From NCBI GenBank assembly GCA_963744145.1, contig CAVUSO010000001.1:5184001-5248000 (forward strand): DNA of 64,000 nucleotides, in the 5' to 3' direction. The stretch's first letter is position 1; every line of letters starts with the position of its first letter. The position numbers were made by a program, and so were the translations under genes. Source of the DNA: an uncultured cyanobacterium. Its GTDB lineage: Bacteria > Cyanobacteriota > Cyanobacteriia > Cyanobacteriales > CAWUOF01. This document shows positions 10,405-19,592 of this stretch, one piece after another. The notes under the pieces are model-generated. The model worked only from the letters and a program-made list of their open reading frames with translations, searched no databases and was not told where the DNA came from.

Positions 10405-11973
10405 ATGATATCAGGACAAATAAAAAGTCAAATAGATACAATTTGGGATACATTTTGGTCGGGAGGTATCTCTAATCCTCTCGAAGTTATTGAACAGATT
10501 ACTTATCTGCTATTTATCCGTCGTCTGGATGATCTACATACCCTAGAAGAAAAGAAAGCTAATCGACTAAAACGTCCAATCCAAAACTGGATTTTTCCAG
10601 AAGGTGAATTTCCAGAGGGTGAACTATTTGAGGATAAAAAAATTAAAAAACGCCCATATAATGATTTACGTTGGTCAAGATTTAAGCATTTTGAAGCAGC
10701 GGAAATGTTTACAGTAGTTAATGATTATGTTTTTCCTTTTCTGAAAACTTTGGGAGGAGATAAATCGACCTATTCACACCACATGAAGGATGCTCGGTTC
10801 ACAATTCCTACTCCATCCCTATTATCAAAGGTTGTGGATTTACTGGATGCTGTACCGATGGAAGATCGGGATACAAAAGGTGATCTTTATGAATATATGT
10901 TGGGCAAAATTGCCACAGCAGGACAGAATGGACAGTTTCGCACACCGCGTCATATTATTCAGTTGATGGTAGAACTAACTGCACCAAATGAACGGGATAT
11001 TATTTGTGATCCTGCTAGTGGTACTTGTGGTTTTTTAGTAGCTGCTAGTGAATATTTGCGATCGCATCATCCCGAAATTTTACTCGATCCTAAATGGAAA
11101 GAACATTTTCATAAAGAGATGTTTCACGGGTTTGATTTTGATAATACCATGCTGCGAATTGGTAGTATGAATATGTTATTGCATGGTGTGGAAAATCCTG
11201 ATGTGCGTTACAAGGATTCTCTAGCACAGGAGCATTCTGCTGATGAAGAATCTTATACCCTGGTTTTAGCTAATCCTCCTTTTGCTGGGTCGTTAGATTA
11301 TGAGAATACAGCTAAAGATTTACAAGCGATCGTTAAGACTAAAAAAACTGAGTTGTTATTCCTAGCACTATTTTTAAGATTGTTAAAACCGGGGGGACGT
11401 GCTGCGGTAATTGTGCCCGATGGTGTGCTTTTTGGTTCTTCTAAAGCACATAAAGAACTGCGTCGTCTATTGGTAGAGGAGCAAAAGCTTGATGGTGTGA
11501 TTTCTCTTCCTGGTGGTGTATTTAAACCTTATGCAGGTGTTTCTACTGCTATTTTACTATTTACTAAAACTAATTCTGGGGGAACCGATTTTGTTTGGTT
11601 CTACGATGTAAATGCTGATGGGTGGAGTTTAGACGATAAAAGAACACCTTTACTTGCTGATGATAAATTAGGTGCTGTACCTAAGACCGAATTAACAGCA
11701 GAAGAACATCCTAAAAATAATCTACCTGATGTATTAAATCGTTGGCAAGAGAGAAATACTATAGAACGAGAGCGATCGCGTACAGATCAAAGTTTTTCTG
11801 TACCAAAAGCGGATATTGCAGCTCAGGGATATGACCTCAGTTTGAATCGTTATAAGGAAGTAGTCCATGAAGAAGTGGAACATCGCGCTCCTCAAGATAT
11901 CCTTGCTAATTTGGCAAAATTGGAAGCGGAAATTCAGCAGGGGATGAAGGAATTAGAGATGCTACTGAAATAA
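10405..11973 (+). CDS. hsdM: Type I R-M methyltransferase subunit
   Basis: GQFRTPRHII, DPASGTCGF (motif I), NPPF (motif IV). Confidence 0.95.
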   Translation: MISGQIKSQIDTIWDTFWSGGISNPLEVIEQITYLLFIRRLDDLHTLEEKKANRLKRPIQNWIFPEGEFPEGELFEDKKIKKRPYNDLRWSRFKHFEAAEMFTVVNDYVFPFLKTLGGDKSTYSHHMKDARFTIPTPSLLSKVVDLLDAVPMEDRDTKGDLYEYMLGKIATAGQNGQFRTPRHIIQLMVELTAPNERDIICDPASGTCGFLVAASEYLRSHHPEILLDPKWKEHFHKEMFHGFDFDNTMLRIGSMNMLLHGVENPDVRYKDSLAQEHSADEESYTLVLANPPFAGSLDYENTAKDLQAIVKTKKTELLFLALFLRLLKPGGRAAVIVPDGVLFGSSKAHKELRRLLVEEQKLDGVISLPGGVFKPYAGVSTAILLFTKTNSGGTDFVWFYDVNADGWSLDDKRTPLLADDKLGAVPKTELTAEEHPKNNLPDVLNRWQERNTIERERSRTDQSFSVPKADIAAQGYDLSLNRYKEVVHEEVEHRAPQDILANLAKLEAEIQQGMKELEMLLK

Positions 11974-12087
11974 TTTGTGTTTTTAGATGCAAGCAAACTT
12001 TTAGTATGTATAAATCGGAGGTTTTGATATGGTTTTACATGAACTAATGGCTAAAAGTTCTAGAAGATTCTAAAATAAAAAATGATC

Positions 12088-12483
12088 CAGCGGATGACCC
12101 ATTGATGAAGTACAGTAAGATTGTGGGACAGGCATCTTGCCTGTCCGATCAATTTGTCAGTTAAAGTCACTTGTGATTGATCTGTGTTGGTTGGGCGGGT
12201 TTATGATGTTGATCTATTTGTGTCAGAATTAACTGGTGAACCCGCCCCTACAAATCCTGGTTGATTGTGATCATAAATTCATCGACAATACATTTTTATG
12301 ATTTAGTTTAATCTTGAATTTCAGATTTTTTGGTAAATCGTACAAGATGCGAACAGGTTTATCAACTGTAGGGGCGGGTTCACCGATGAATTTGTTACAC
12401 ACAAGTAACTTTAATGAACCCGCCCTGCCCCACAGATCACCTTGATGAACTCACCCGATCTGACATCACAGACAACACTGCTA
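12088..12483. mobile_element. MITE-like REP cluster, CAGCGGAT-end family, copy 1
   Basis: GGGCGGGTT/AACCCGCCCCTAC palindromes; colinear with 19572-19592+21469-22108 and 32510-32686. Confidence 0.7.
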
Positions 12484-12535
12484 TAGTTCATAAATCGGTC
12501 ATACGCTAGATCTAATCTGATACTTTAATAAAATC

Positions 12536-12757
12536 ATGACTAAATCCGAACTCGAACAACAACTCCTTCAGCTTTCACCGAACGATAAACTGTATATTAT
12601 CCAATTCCTGGCACAAAGTCTGACTACACCCAAGACTTCTATAGCGCAACCCATCACACCCTTAGAATTTTTCCGTCAATCTCCTTTAGCTGAATGCGCT
12701 GAAGAATTAGACCTTAACCGCGATCGCAGTCTAGCTCGCGATAATTTCAACCTATGA
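12536..12757 (+). CDS. Small antitoxin-like protein (orphan)
   Basis: 73 aa with LEFFRQSPL..ELDLNRDRS tail, typical of genes upstream of PIN toxins; an overlapping ATGA starts only an 11-codon ORF. Confidence 0.55.
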   Translation: MTKSELEQQLLQLSPNDKLYIIQFLAQSLTTPKTSIAQPITPLEFFRQSPLAECAEELDLNRDRSLARDNFNL

Positions 12758-12811
12758 ATCACATCCTTATTATTTTCATCAATCGATAGTCAAAATATAG
12801 GAGAAAAAGCC

Positions 12812-13381
12812 ATGATAGTTGCAGCCGCTAAAAAGATGACTCTAGAAGACTTCCTTAATTATGACGATGGGACGGATACTTTATATGAATTAGAAAATGG
12901 AGAATTAATTCCGATGCCTTCTGAAAGTAATATTAATCAACGGATCGCTGTATTTCTGTTGATTTATTTTTCTCAATTAGGAATACCATCTTCTCGATTG
13001 CGGATGAAAGTTGAGTTAGCGGTGAATAGTAGATATGTAGGTGTGCGCGTTCCTGATTTAGTGGTATTTTCTGAAGAGTTAGCAATCTCAATGGAGGGAG
13101 CTAGTCGATCGCTAGTTTTAATGGATATGCCCCCACCCTTGTTGGTCGTTGAGGTAGTAAGTCCAAATCAGGAAAATCGGGATTATCGTTATAAGCGATC
13201 GGAGTATGCAGCGCGGGGAATTGCGGAGTATTGGATTGTTGATCCGATCGCTCAAAAGGTGACAGTGTTGGAATGGGTGGAGGGTTTTTATGATGAGATG
13301 GTGTATATGGGGGATAGTGTGATCGCATCACCTGTACTTGGTAGTTTAGATTTAACAGTGGCGCAAGTTTTGATGGGATAA
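12812..13381 (+). CDS. Uma2-family (DUF820) endonuclease
   Basis: YELENGELIPMP, RVPDL, LLVVEVVSP, RDYRYKRSEYAARGIAEYWIVDP. Confidence 0.9.
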   Translation: MIVAAAKKMTLEDFLNYDDGTDTLYELENGELIPMPSESNINQRIAVFLLIYFSQLGIPSSRLRMKVELAVNSRYVGVRVPDLVVFSEELAISMEGASRSLVLMDMPPPLLVVEVVSPNQENRDYRYKRSEYAARGIAEYWIVDPIAQKVTVLEWVEGFYDEMVYMGDSVIASPVLGSLDLTVAQVLMG

Positions 13382-13538
13382 TGGTATAATTTTGCTAAGA
13401 TAATCTCAGCACCCTGATTCATAAACCCACTTTTAAAAACTTGGTAGGTGATGTTAGCCAGGAAATTCCAAGTAGAAACGGTATAGTATCTTTATGAACA
13501 ACTAAACAGAATAACAGATAACATAGCAGGAGATTCAC

Positions 13539-14594
13539 TTGACCACACATCAGCGCCAGATTGACATGATCTTTGGATCTCTAGAGTCTGCTGGCTTTCC
13601 GCGCAGCTTACAAAATGTATTGCTGTCCGAGTGGGTAACTCCAGAAGTCCTCTCAGATGATTCAGCATCATCCGAACTCGCTATCATCCTTGCAAAGCGA
13701 TTGGGTCTGCGTGCGAGTCCTCTTTTTGCTGCAAACCCGCGAGTTGAATTGCTTCGACAACGTGACATAAAGTACAAGCGATCGATTCCAAACAAGTCTA
13801 AGAATCTAACTGCTGCAACATCAATTGCGGTTAGTGTGGCGGAATCTATTGCATCAGCGTGTCAAGTCGAATTCCGATCGTTTGTAGATAGTGCCCAAAC
13901 CCTTCGTCAAGAGGTACTTGCTTCTTTTCCAGGTCAATGGTTGGGATTAAAGAATTTGTTGATGAGCTGTTGGTCACATGGAATACCAGTGGTTTATCTG
14001 AGTGATATTGGTAAAGGTGTGGCGAAAATGGATGGCACGGTGGTATATACAGATAGTCGGCCCGTCATAATTTTATCAAAAACCTCACCGTTTTGGGCAT
14101 GGCAACTCTTAATTTTAGCCCACGAAATTGCCCATATTGCGCTTGGTCATCTGGCTCCCTACGAAATATTGGTTGACGAGGAAATAAGCGAAGACTCCTA
14201 TCTCTTGAAGGATAATGACCCGGATGAATATGCAGCAGATAGGTTCGCGATTGAGCTGTTAAACGGTAAATCAAACGTGATTTATCCTATTTTAGGTAAT
14301 CTGGTCAACTCCGCAGAGCTAGCGATCGCTGCATATAATTATGGTAATAAATATTATATTGATCCTGGGCACACTATATTGAATTTTGCGAATCATGCTG
14401 AAAAATGGGATGTTGCTGATGCCGCAGCAAAGGTGCTACAGAATAATGATTCTTCTGCACCAATGGTTATTAATGAAATAATGTGGCGCGAGATTGACTC
14501 GGAAGCACTACCACTGGACACTATAGAGTTCATTGCTAGGGTGACTGGTTCATCAAGCCGTGAGGTCGCTTGTGAGTCGGCTGATTTTGATTGA
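13539..14594 (+). CDS. ImmA/IrrE-family metallo-endopeptidase
   Basis: LAHEIAH zincin motif, downstream EYAADRFAIELL; TTG start with AGGAG ribosome-binding site. Confidence 0.8.
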   Translation: MTTHQRQIDMIFGSLESAGFPRSLQNVLLSEWVTPEVLSDDSASSELAIILAKRLGLRASPLFAANPRVELLRQRDIKYKRSIPNKSKNLTAATSIAVSVAESIASACQVEFRSFVDSAQTLRQEVLASFPGQWLGLKNLLMSCWSHGIPVVYLSDIGKGVAKMDGTVVYTDSRPVIILSKTSPFWAWQLLILAHEIAHIALGHLAPYEILVDEEISEDSYLLKDNDPDEYAADRFAIELLNGKSNVIYPILGNLVNSAELAIAAYNYGNKYYIDPGHTILNFANHAEKWDVADAAAKVLQNNDSSAPMVINEIMWREIDSEALPLDTIEFIARVTGSSSREVACESADFD

Positions 14595-14642
14595 TAACGA
14601 TGCCATTTTTAAACTGATAATCAAGACATAGAAGAGATAATT

Positions 14643-15212
14643 ATGACAGTTGCAATTGCTAAAAAGATGTCTTTTGAAGACTTCCTCAATTATAACGATG
14701 GGACGGAGACTTTATATGAATTAGAAAATGGAGAATTAATTCCGATGCCTTCTGAAAGTGAACTAAATTGTCGGATAGCGATGTTTTTAGTTGCCTATTT
14801 TCTGAAGTTAGGTATTCCATATTATCGGTTAAGAATGAAAACAGAAATTGCTGTCCATAGCCGAATGGTGAGTGTGCGTGTTCCTGATTTGACGGTGTTT
14901 TCTGAAGAATTAGCTCAAGTGATGGAAGGAGCTACACGATCGCTAGTTTTAATGAATATGCCCCCACCCTTGTTGGTGGTTGAGATAGTAAGTCCGAATC
15001 AGGAAAATCGCGATTATCGTTATAAGCGATCGGAGTATGCAGCGCGAGGTATTTCTGAGTATTGGATTGTTGATCCGATCGCCCAAAAGGTGACAGTGTT
15101 GGAATGGGTAGAGGGTTTTTATGATGAGATGGTGTATATGGGGGATAGTGCGATCGCATCACCTGTACTTGGTAGTTTAGATTTAACAGCGGCGCAAGTT
15201 TTGATGGGATAA
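14643..15212 (+). CDS. Uma2-family endonuclease (paralog of 12812-13381)
   Basis: Same length and motifs; 3' half nearly identical at DNA level. Confidence 0.9.
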   Translation: MTVAIAKKMSFEDFLNYNDGTETLYELENGELIPMPSESELNCRIAMFLVAYFLKLGIPYYRLRMKTEIAVHSRMVSVRVPDLTVFSEELAQVMEGATRSLVLMNMPPPLLVVEIVSPNQENRDYRYKRSEYAARGISEYWIVDPIAQKVTVLEWVEGFYDEMVYMGDSAIASPVLGSLDLTAAQVLMG

Positions 15213-15276
15213 TGGTATAATTTTACTGATTGAGAAATTTTGCTCATTAAACTTATAGACCACTGGGATAAGTGCT

Positions 15277-15648
15277 ATGCAAATAACTTTAGAAATACCT
15301 GATGAGATTGCTTTAAATTTAGAGTCTCACAAGAATAATTTACCGCAGATTTTAGCTCTGGGTTTACGAGAAATGGCTGCTAATCCTTCTATGGGTTTTT
15401 CTGGTCTTACAGAGGTTTTGGAGTTTTTGGCAAAGTTACCTTCACCCCAAGAAACTCTCGCGCTTCGTCTTTCTCCTACAGTTCAAGCACAAATTGATGC
15501 ACTCTTAGACAAAAATCGGACTGAAGGATTAGATGAAAGCGATCGCTGTCTATGGCAATATTACGAGTTTATAGAACATCTTGTCCGTCTTGCAAAAGCT
15601 CAAGCTTTACTTAAATTACATCAAAGTTCTACAATAGTAAGCTATTAA
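15277..15648 (+). CDS. Antitoxin-like protein (family usually upstream of an HNH gene)
   Basis: MQITLEIPDE N-terminus and EVLEFLAKLPSP..LRLS..Q.QID.LL.KN..GL..EHLVRLAKAQA pattern. Confidence 0.6.
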   Translation: MQITLEIPDEIALNLESHKNNLPQILALGLREMAANPSMGFSGLTEVLEFLAKLPSPQETLALRLSPTVQAQIDALLDKNRTEGLDESDRCLWQYYEFIEHLVRLAKAQALLKLHQSSTIVSY

Positions 15649-15765
15649 ATATCGGGTTCGCGATCGCGTTTTGGCTGAGGCAATTTATATATAAAGTGTA
15701 TATTTATTAAAAATAAATATCATACTTAAAAAAGTTATATTCATAGAATTGGAGAAGATATTGGA

Positions 15766-16965
15766 ATGAGTATATGGACTAAATTTAGGCTTGGTGATTG
15801 CTGCGAGATTATTTCAGGGTCAACTCCAAGCACTAATGTAGAATCTTTTTGGAATGGTAATATTTGTTGGGCTACTCCTAAAGATTTGAGTCAACTTGAT
15901 GGGGCTTACATTTCTGATACTCCACGTAAACTAACACAAGCCGGCTTAGATAGCTGTGGGGCTACAATTCTTCCTATTAATTCTGTTTTATTCAGTTCTC
16001 GTGCGCCGATCGGACACGTTGCAATTAATACTATACCGATGGCAACAAATCAAGGTTTTAAAAGCTTTGTACCGAAAGATAATAAAGTTCATGCCAAGTT
16101 TTTATATCATTGGTTACGCAAAAATCGCACCTATCTTGAAAGTTTTGGTAATGGTGCAACATTCAAAGAAGTTTCTAAATCGATTGTTTCACGCATTGAA
16201 ATTAATCTTCCACCATTAGAAGAACAGAAACGGATTGCAGAGATACTCGATCGCGCCGAATCACTCAGGTCTAAACGTCGGGAAGCGATCGGGCAACTCG
16301 ACACCCTCACCCAATCCATCTTTCTAGAAATGTTTGGCGATCCAGTTACAAATCCTATGGGGTGGAAAAGATTGCCTTTTGCTGAACTGCTGACAAACAT
16401 CGACAGTGGATGGAGTCCAGTTTGTCTAGATCGTCCAGTTTCTGGTGAAGAATGGGGCGTTCTTAAATTAGGTGCAGTTACATGGTGTGAATATAATCCT
16501 ACTGAAAACAAAGCTCTTCCACGTGGTATTAAACCACATTCTAATTTAGAAGTAAAAAGTGGTGATTTGCTGTTTACACGAAAAAATACTTATGAACTAG
16601 TTGGAGCTTGTGTGATTGTTCGAGAGACTCCTCCCAGACTTCTGATGCCCGACCTTATTTTTCGTTTCCGTTTGCGTGCAGATGCTAGAATAAACCCATA
16701 CTTTTTACATCAACTTCTGATTTACCCGACAAAGCGCCGCAATATTCAGAAGCTTGCAGGAGGTTCAGCCAGTTCAATGCCTAATATTTCTAAGGCAAAG
16801 TTGCAAACAACACTTATTGAAGTTCCTCCATTAGACCTTCAAAAAGAATTTGCCAACCGTATTGAAACTGTAGAAAAACTCAAAGCATCTCACCGCACCT
16901 CATTATCAGAACTTGATGCTCTCTTCGCATCGCTCCAACATCGTGCATTCAGAGGAGAGTTATAA
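15766..16965 (+). CDS. hsdS: Type I R-M specificity subunit
   Basis: Two TRDs; conserved LPPLEEQKRIAEILD, IFLEMFGDP, PPLDLQKEF and LQHRAFRGEL. Confidence 0.95.
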   Translation: MSIWTKFRLGDCCEIISGSTPSTNVESFWNGNICWATPKDLSQLDGAYISDTPRKLTQAGLDSCGATILPINSVLFSSRAPIGHVAINTIPMATNQGFKSFVPKDNKVHAKFLYHWLRKNRTYLESFGNGATFKEVSKSIVSRIEINLPPLEEQKRIAEILDRAESLRSKRREAIGQLDTLTQSIFLEMFGDPVTNPMGWKRLPFAELLTNIDSGWSPVCLDRPVSGEEWGVLKLGAVTWCEYNPTENKALPRGIKPHSNLEVKSGDLLFTRKNTYELVGACVIVRETPPRLLMPDLIFRFRLRADARINPYFLHQLLIYPTKRRNIQKLAGGSASSMPNISKAKLQTTLIEVPPLDLQKEFANRIETVEKLKASHRTSLSELDALFASLQHRAFRGEL

Positions 16966-16969
16966 TAAA

Positions 16970-17416
16970 GTGCCAGCAAAAGACTCGATTCACGAAATCG
17001 TAAAAAAAGCAGTTATCAAAGATGGTTGGGAAATTACCAACGATCCCTATGTGATTTCTTATGGTGAGCGTTTTTTATTTGTGGATCTTGGTGCAAGCAG
17101 TTTTATTGGAGTTCGTCAAGGAAACAAACACATCGCCATTGAAATCAAGCAATTTCGTAGTCAATCTCAAATAGCTGATTTAGAGCAAGCTATAGGTCAA
17201 TATATACTATATCGTCTGTTACTTAATCAAGTCGATCCAGAACGTGACCTTTATCTTGCCATTTCTGAAGCAACTTACAGCAACATCTTTACTGAGCCAA
17301 TTGGAAAACTAGCGATCGCTCAACTACCTTTAAAGCTGATTATTGTAGATTTAAAGAAAAAGGAAATAAGCCAATGGATACCATCACGACCTATAGAGAA
17401 ATCGTCAAGCAAGTAA
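16970..17416 (+). CDS. xisH: XisH-family protein
   Basis: GTG start; PAKDSIHEIVKKA..KDGWEITNDP, VDLGA, IAIEIK, EQAIGQY. Confidence 0.88.
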   Translation: MPAKDSIHEIVKKAVIKDGWEITNDPYVISYGERFLFVDLGASSFIGVRQGNKHIAIEIKQFRSQSQIADLEQAIGQYILYRLLLNQVDPERDLYLAISEATYSNIFTEPIGKLAIAQLPLKLIIVDLKKKEISQWIPSRPIEKSSSK

Positions 17417-17697
17417 TTAGCGATTATGCGAAACTGCGCCCATCTCACGGTAATATTCGCTTAGATGCCATCTTTGATGAGATGCGCGATCGCTATGCCC
17501 TTATGCAAGTTGGTTGGGATCAAGAAAAACGGATACGTGGCAATTTAATCTATGTAATTATCGAGAACGGTAAAGTAGTAATTGAATACGATGGTATGGA
17601 ATATGGAATTACTCAGGATTTAATTAAAAAAGGTATTCTTGAGCATGATATAGTGTTGGCTTTTCTAGCAGATTTGGAGACTGTTAGCAATTTCTAA
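17374..17697 (+). CDS. xisI: XisI-family protein
   Basis: MDTITTYREIV..FDE.RDRY...VGW...IEYDG.E.GI..DL...GI...DIVLAF; overlaps xisH. Confidence 0.9.
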   Translation: MDTITTYREIVKQVISDYAKLRPSHGNIRLDAIFDEMRDRYALMQVGWDQEKRIRGNLIYVIIENGKVVIEYDGMEYGITQDLIKKGILEHDIVLAFLADLETVSNF

Positions 17698-17734
17698 AGA
17701 TTGTTCAGATGCGATCGCCTCGTCAATCTGTTCC

Positions 17735-17920
17735 TTATTTCCCGACTAATTCTAGAGCTTGATTAATGACGTGGTTAGACAGATACATCCCTGATAGACA
17801 TAATTGTTCTAAAACCGGACGGGCGGCTTTAATTTTTCCACATTGTTTGGCTATAATGACTAAACCGCCTTTGGTTAAAAAAATCAATGGGGATGTATTG
17901 ATAACTGGAATTTCAGCCAC
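17735..17920 (-). pseudogene. DUF3368-like PIN toxin with large in-frame internal deletion
   Basis: N-terminus VINTSPLIFL joined directly to C-terminus IIAKQCGKI..GMYLS..ALELVG; only 61 aa. Confidence 0.7.
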
Positions 17921-18164
17921 GTTCTAATTCTCGCTGGAGGTCGTCAAAGTCAACTCTAAAAACATCGACTTGTTCGCGAGCAAGACTTTCCAAGAAGTCC
18001 CGGCGATTTAAACCGGCAATCTGAGCAGCTTTTTCTTGAGAAATTGCAGCTTTTTGATACCAGTAGATAGCAGCAGCAAGGCGCATATCTCGCACAAATT
18101 CCACAGGGGGAAGACCACGGGCTGAAAATACTTCTTCGGGTAATTCAATGGTAACTATGGTCAT
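17913..18164 (-). CDS. UPF0175-family antitoxin
   Basis: RLAAAIYWYQ..ISQEKAAQIAGLNRRDFL; overlaps the PIN remnant. Confidence 0.85.
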   Translation of the reverse strand: MTIVTIELPEEVFSARGLPPVEFVRDMRLAAAIYWYQKAAISQEKAAQIAGLNRRDFLESLAREQVDVFRVDFDDLQRELERG

Positions 18165-18210
18165 TGGGTTCTCTAATCTTTAAAATCTAAGATCATATAA
18201 TGTAAATGCT

Positions 18211-19515
18211 ATGCTAACCGAATTTACCCTCGACAATTTCAAAAGTTATAGCACAAGTCGATTGCCTTTAGGATCGCTAACTGTATTAATAGGAGCTAAT
18301 GCTGCGGGCAAAAGTAACGCCCTTGAAGGTTTGCGTTTTCTATCATGGCTAGCTCAAGGACAAAAACTTTCTAGTATTCAATATGCGGTGAATAGTGCAG
18401 AGCGAACTGTACGGGGTCGAGTAAATGATTTATGCCATCGGGGAGAGTCAAGTTTTACCATTGGTTGCCGTTTGGACTTAACAGAGTGGAACCAACTTGA
18501 TATCACCTTGAATGTGAGAGACGGAGAAATGCACATCAGTGGTGAGCGAATCATTGGCTCTACCAATAAAATCCCGCTATATGACCTAGTTCAGCCTTCT
18601 CAAGGAGTAGGTACTGATGTTAATGTCGCATATAACAACTTTTCCAAGGGTAAGAATAAACCACAAATAACTTGCAGTGATCAAATGGCTATATTCGTGC
18701 AATTAGATAGCCCTGCGAATTTTAATGCAAAGGATGACCATTCCCAAAAGATAATTCCTGAAACTGTCCGTGAATATCAACGAGTTTTAAAAAACATCCT
18801 ATTTCTCGATCCTGTTCCTGCCAAAATGCGTGAGTACAGTTTCAAATCTGATAAGCAATTACAAGAGGATGGGACTAATCTTTCCAGTGTTCTGTATCGC
18901 TTATGGGAAAACCAACCCGAAAATCAACAGGCAATTCTGAACTTAATCCAGAGTCTACCAGAACAGGCGATCGATGGGCTAGATTTCCTTTTTGGCCCAC
19001 GAGATGAAGTCATGGTGCAACTAGCTGAAACCTTTGGGAATACCCGTCGCTATTGTGAGGCTGCATTATTATCCGATGGTACTTTGCGAGTGTTAGCGAT
19101 CGCGGCTGCGATGTTATCAGCGACAGAAGGTAGTCTAGTAGTCATTGAGGAAATCGATAATGGTGTTCATCCCAACCGAGCCAAGCATTTACTCAGCAGT
19201 ATTCGAGATCTTGCCGAACGACGTAAATTAGGAGTGCTGCTTTCCACCCATAACCCAGCATTAATGGATGCTTTACCCGATGAAGCTCTTAAAGATGTTG
19301 TGTTTTGTTTTCGCAATCCAGAAGCAGGAGATAGCCGTCTGGTTAGACTTGGTGATATGTACGATTTTCCTAGTTTGATATTACAAGGACTTCTCGGACA
19401 ATTGGTCACGGCTGGAGTAGTGGATCGGTTTGTCAAGTCAGCCCACACACCCGAAGATAAAAAACAGCAGACTATGGCATGGCTATCTCGATTGCAGGAG
19501 TATGGCAATGAGTAG
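18211..19515 (+). CDS. ABC-type ATPase (AAA_21/AbiEii-like)
   Basis: GANAAGKS, LSDGTLR signature, VIEEIDNGVHP, STHNP. Confidence 0.88.
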   Translation: MLTEFTLDNFKSYSTSRLPLGSLTVLIGANAAGKSNALEGLRFLSWLAQGQKLSSIQYAVNSAERTVRGRVNDLCHRGESSFTIGCRLDLTEWNQLDITLNVRDGEMHISGERIIGSTNKIPLYDLVQPSQGVGTDVNVAYNNFSKGKNKPQITCSDQMAIFVQLDSPANFNAKDDHSQKIIPETVREYQRVLKNILFLDPVPAKMREYSFKSDKQLQEDGTNLSSVLYRLWENQPENQQAILNLIQSLPEQAIDGLDFLFGPRDEVMVQLAETFGNTRRYCEAALLSDGTLRVLAIAAAMLSATEGSLVVIEEIDNGVHPNRAKHLLSSIRDLAERRKLGVLLSTHNPALMDALPDEALKDVVFCFRNPEAGDSRLVRLGDMYDFPSLILQGLLGQLVTAGVVDRFVKSAHTPEDKKQQTMAWLSRLQEYGNE

Positions 19516-19571
19516 TATTTGCCTGATTGATACGAGTATATTCTTAGTAATGCTTAACGTTCCCAACTATA
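19508..19571 (+). pseudogene. 5' remnant of a PIN-like partner gene
   Basis: ATG overlapping the ATPase stop, MSSICLIDTSIFLVMLNVP, then interrupted by the MITE and IS. Confidence 0.55.
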
Positions 19572-19592
19572 CAGCGGATTCTACTTTGATGA

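Noticed and set aside
16970..17697. fdxN excision element
   Set aside because: No xisF recombinase or nif genes; stand-alone xisHI pairs are common in cyanobacteria.
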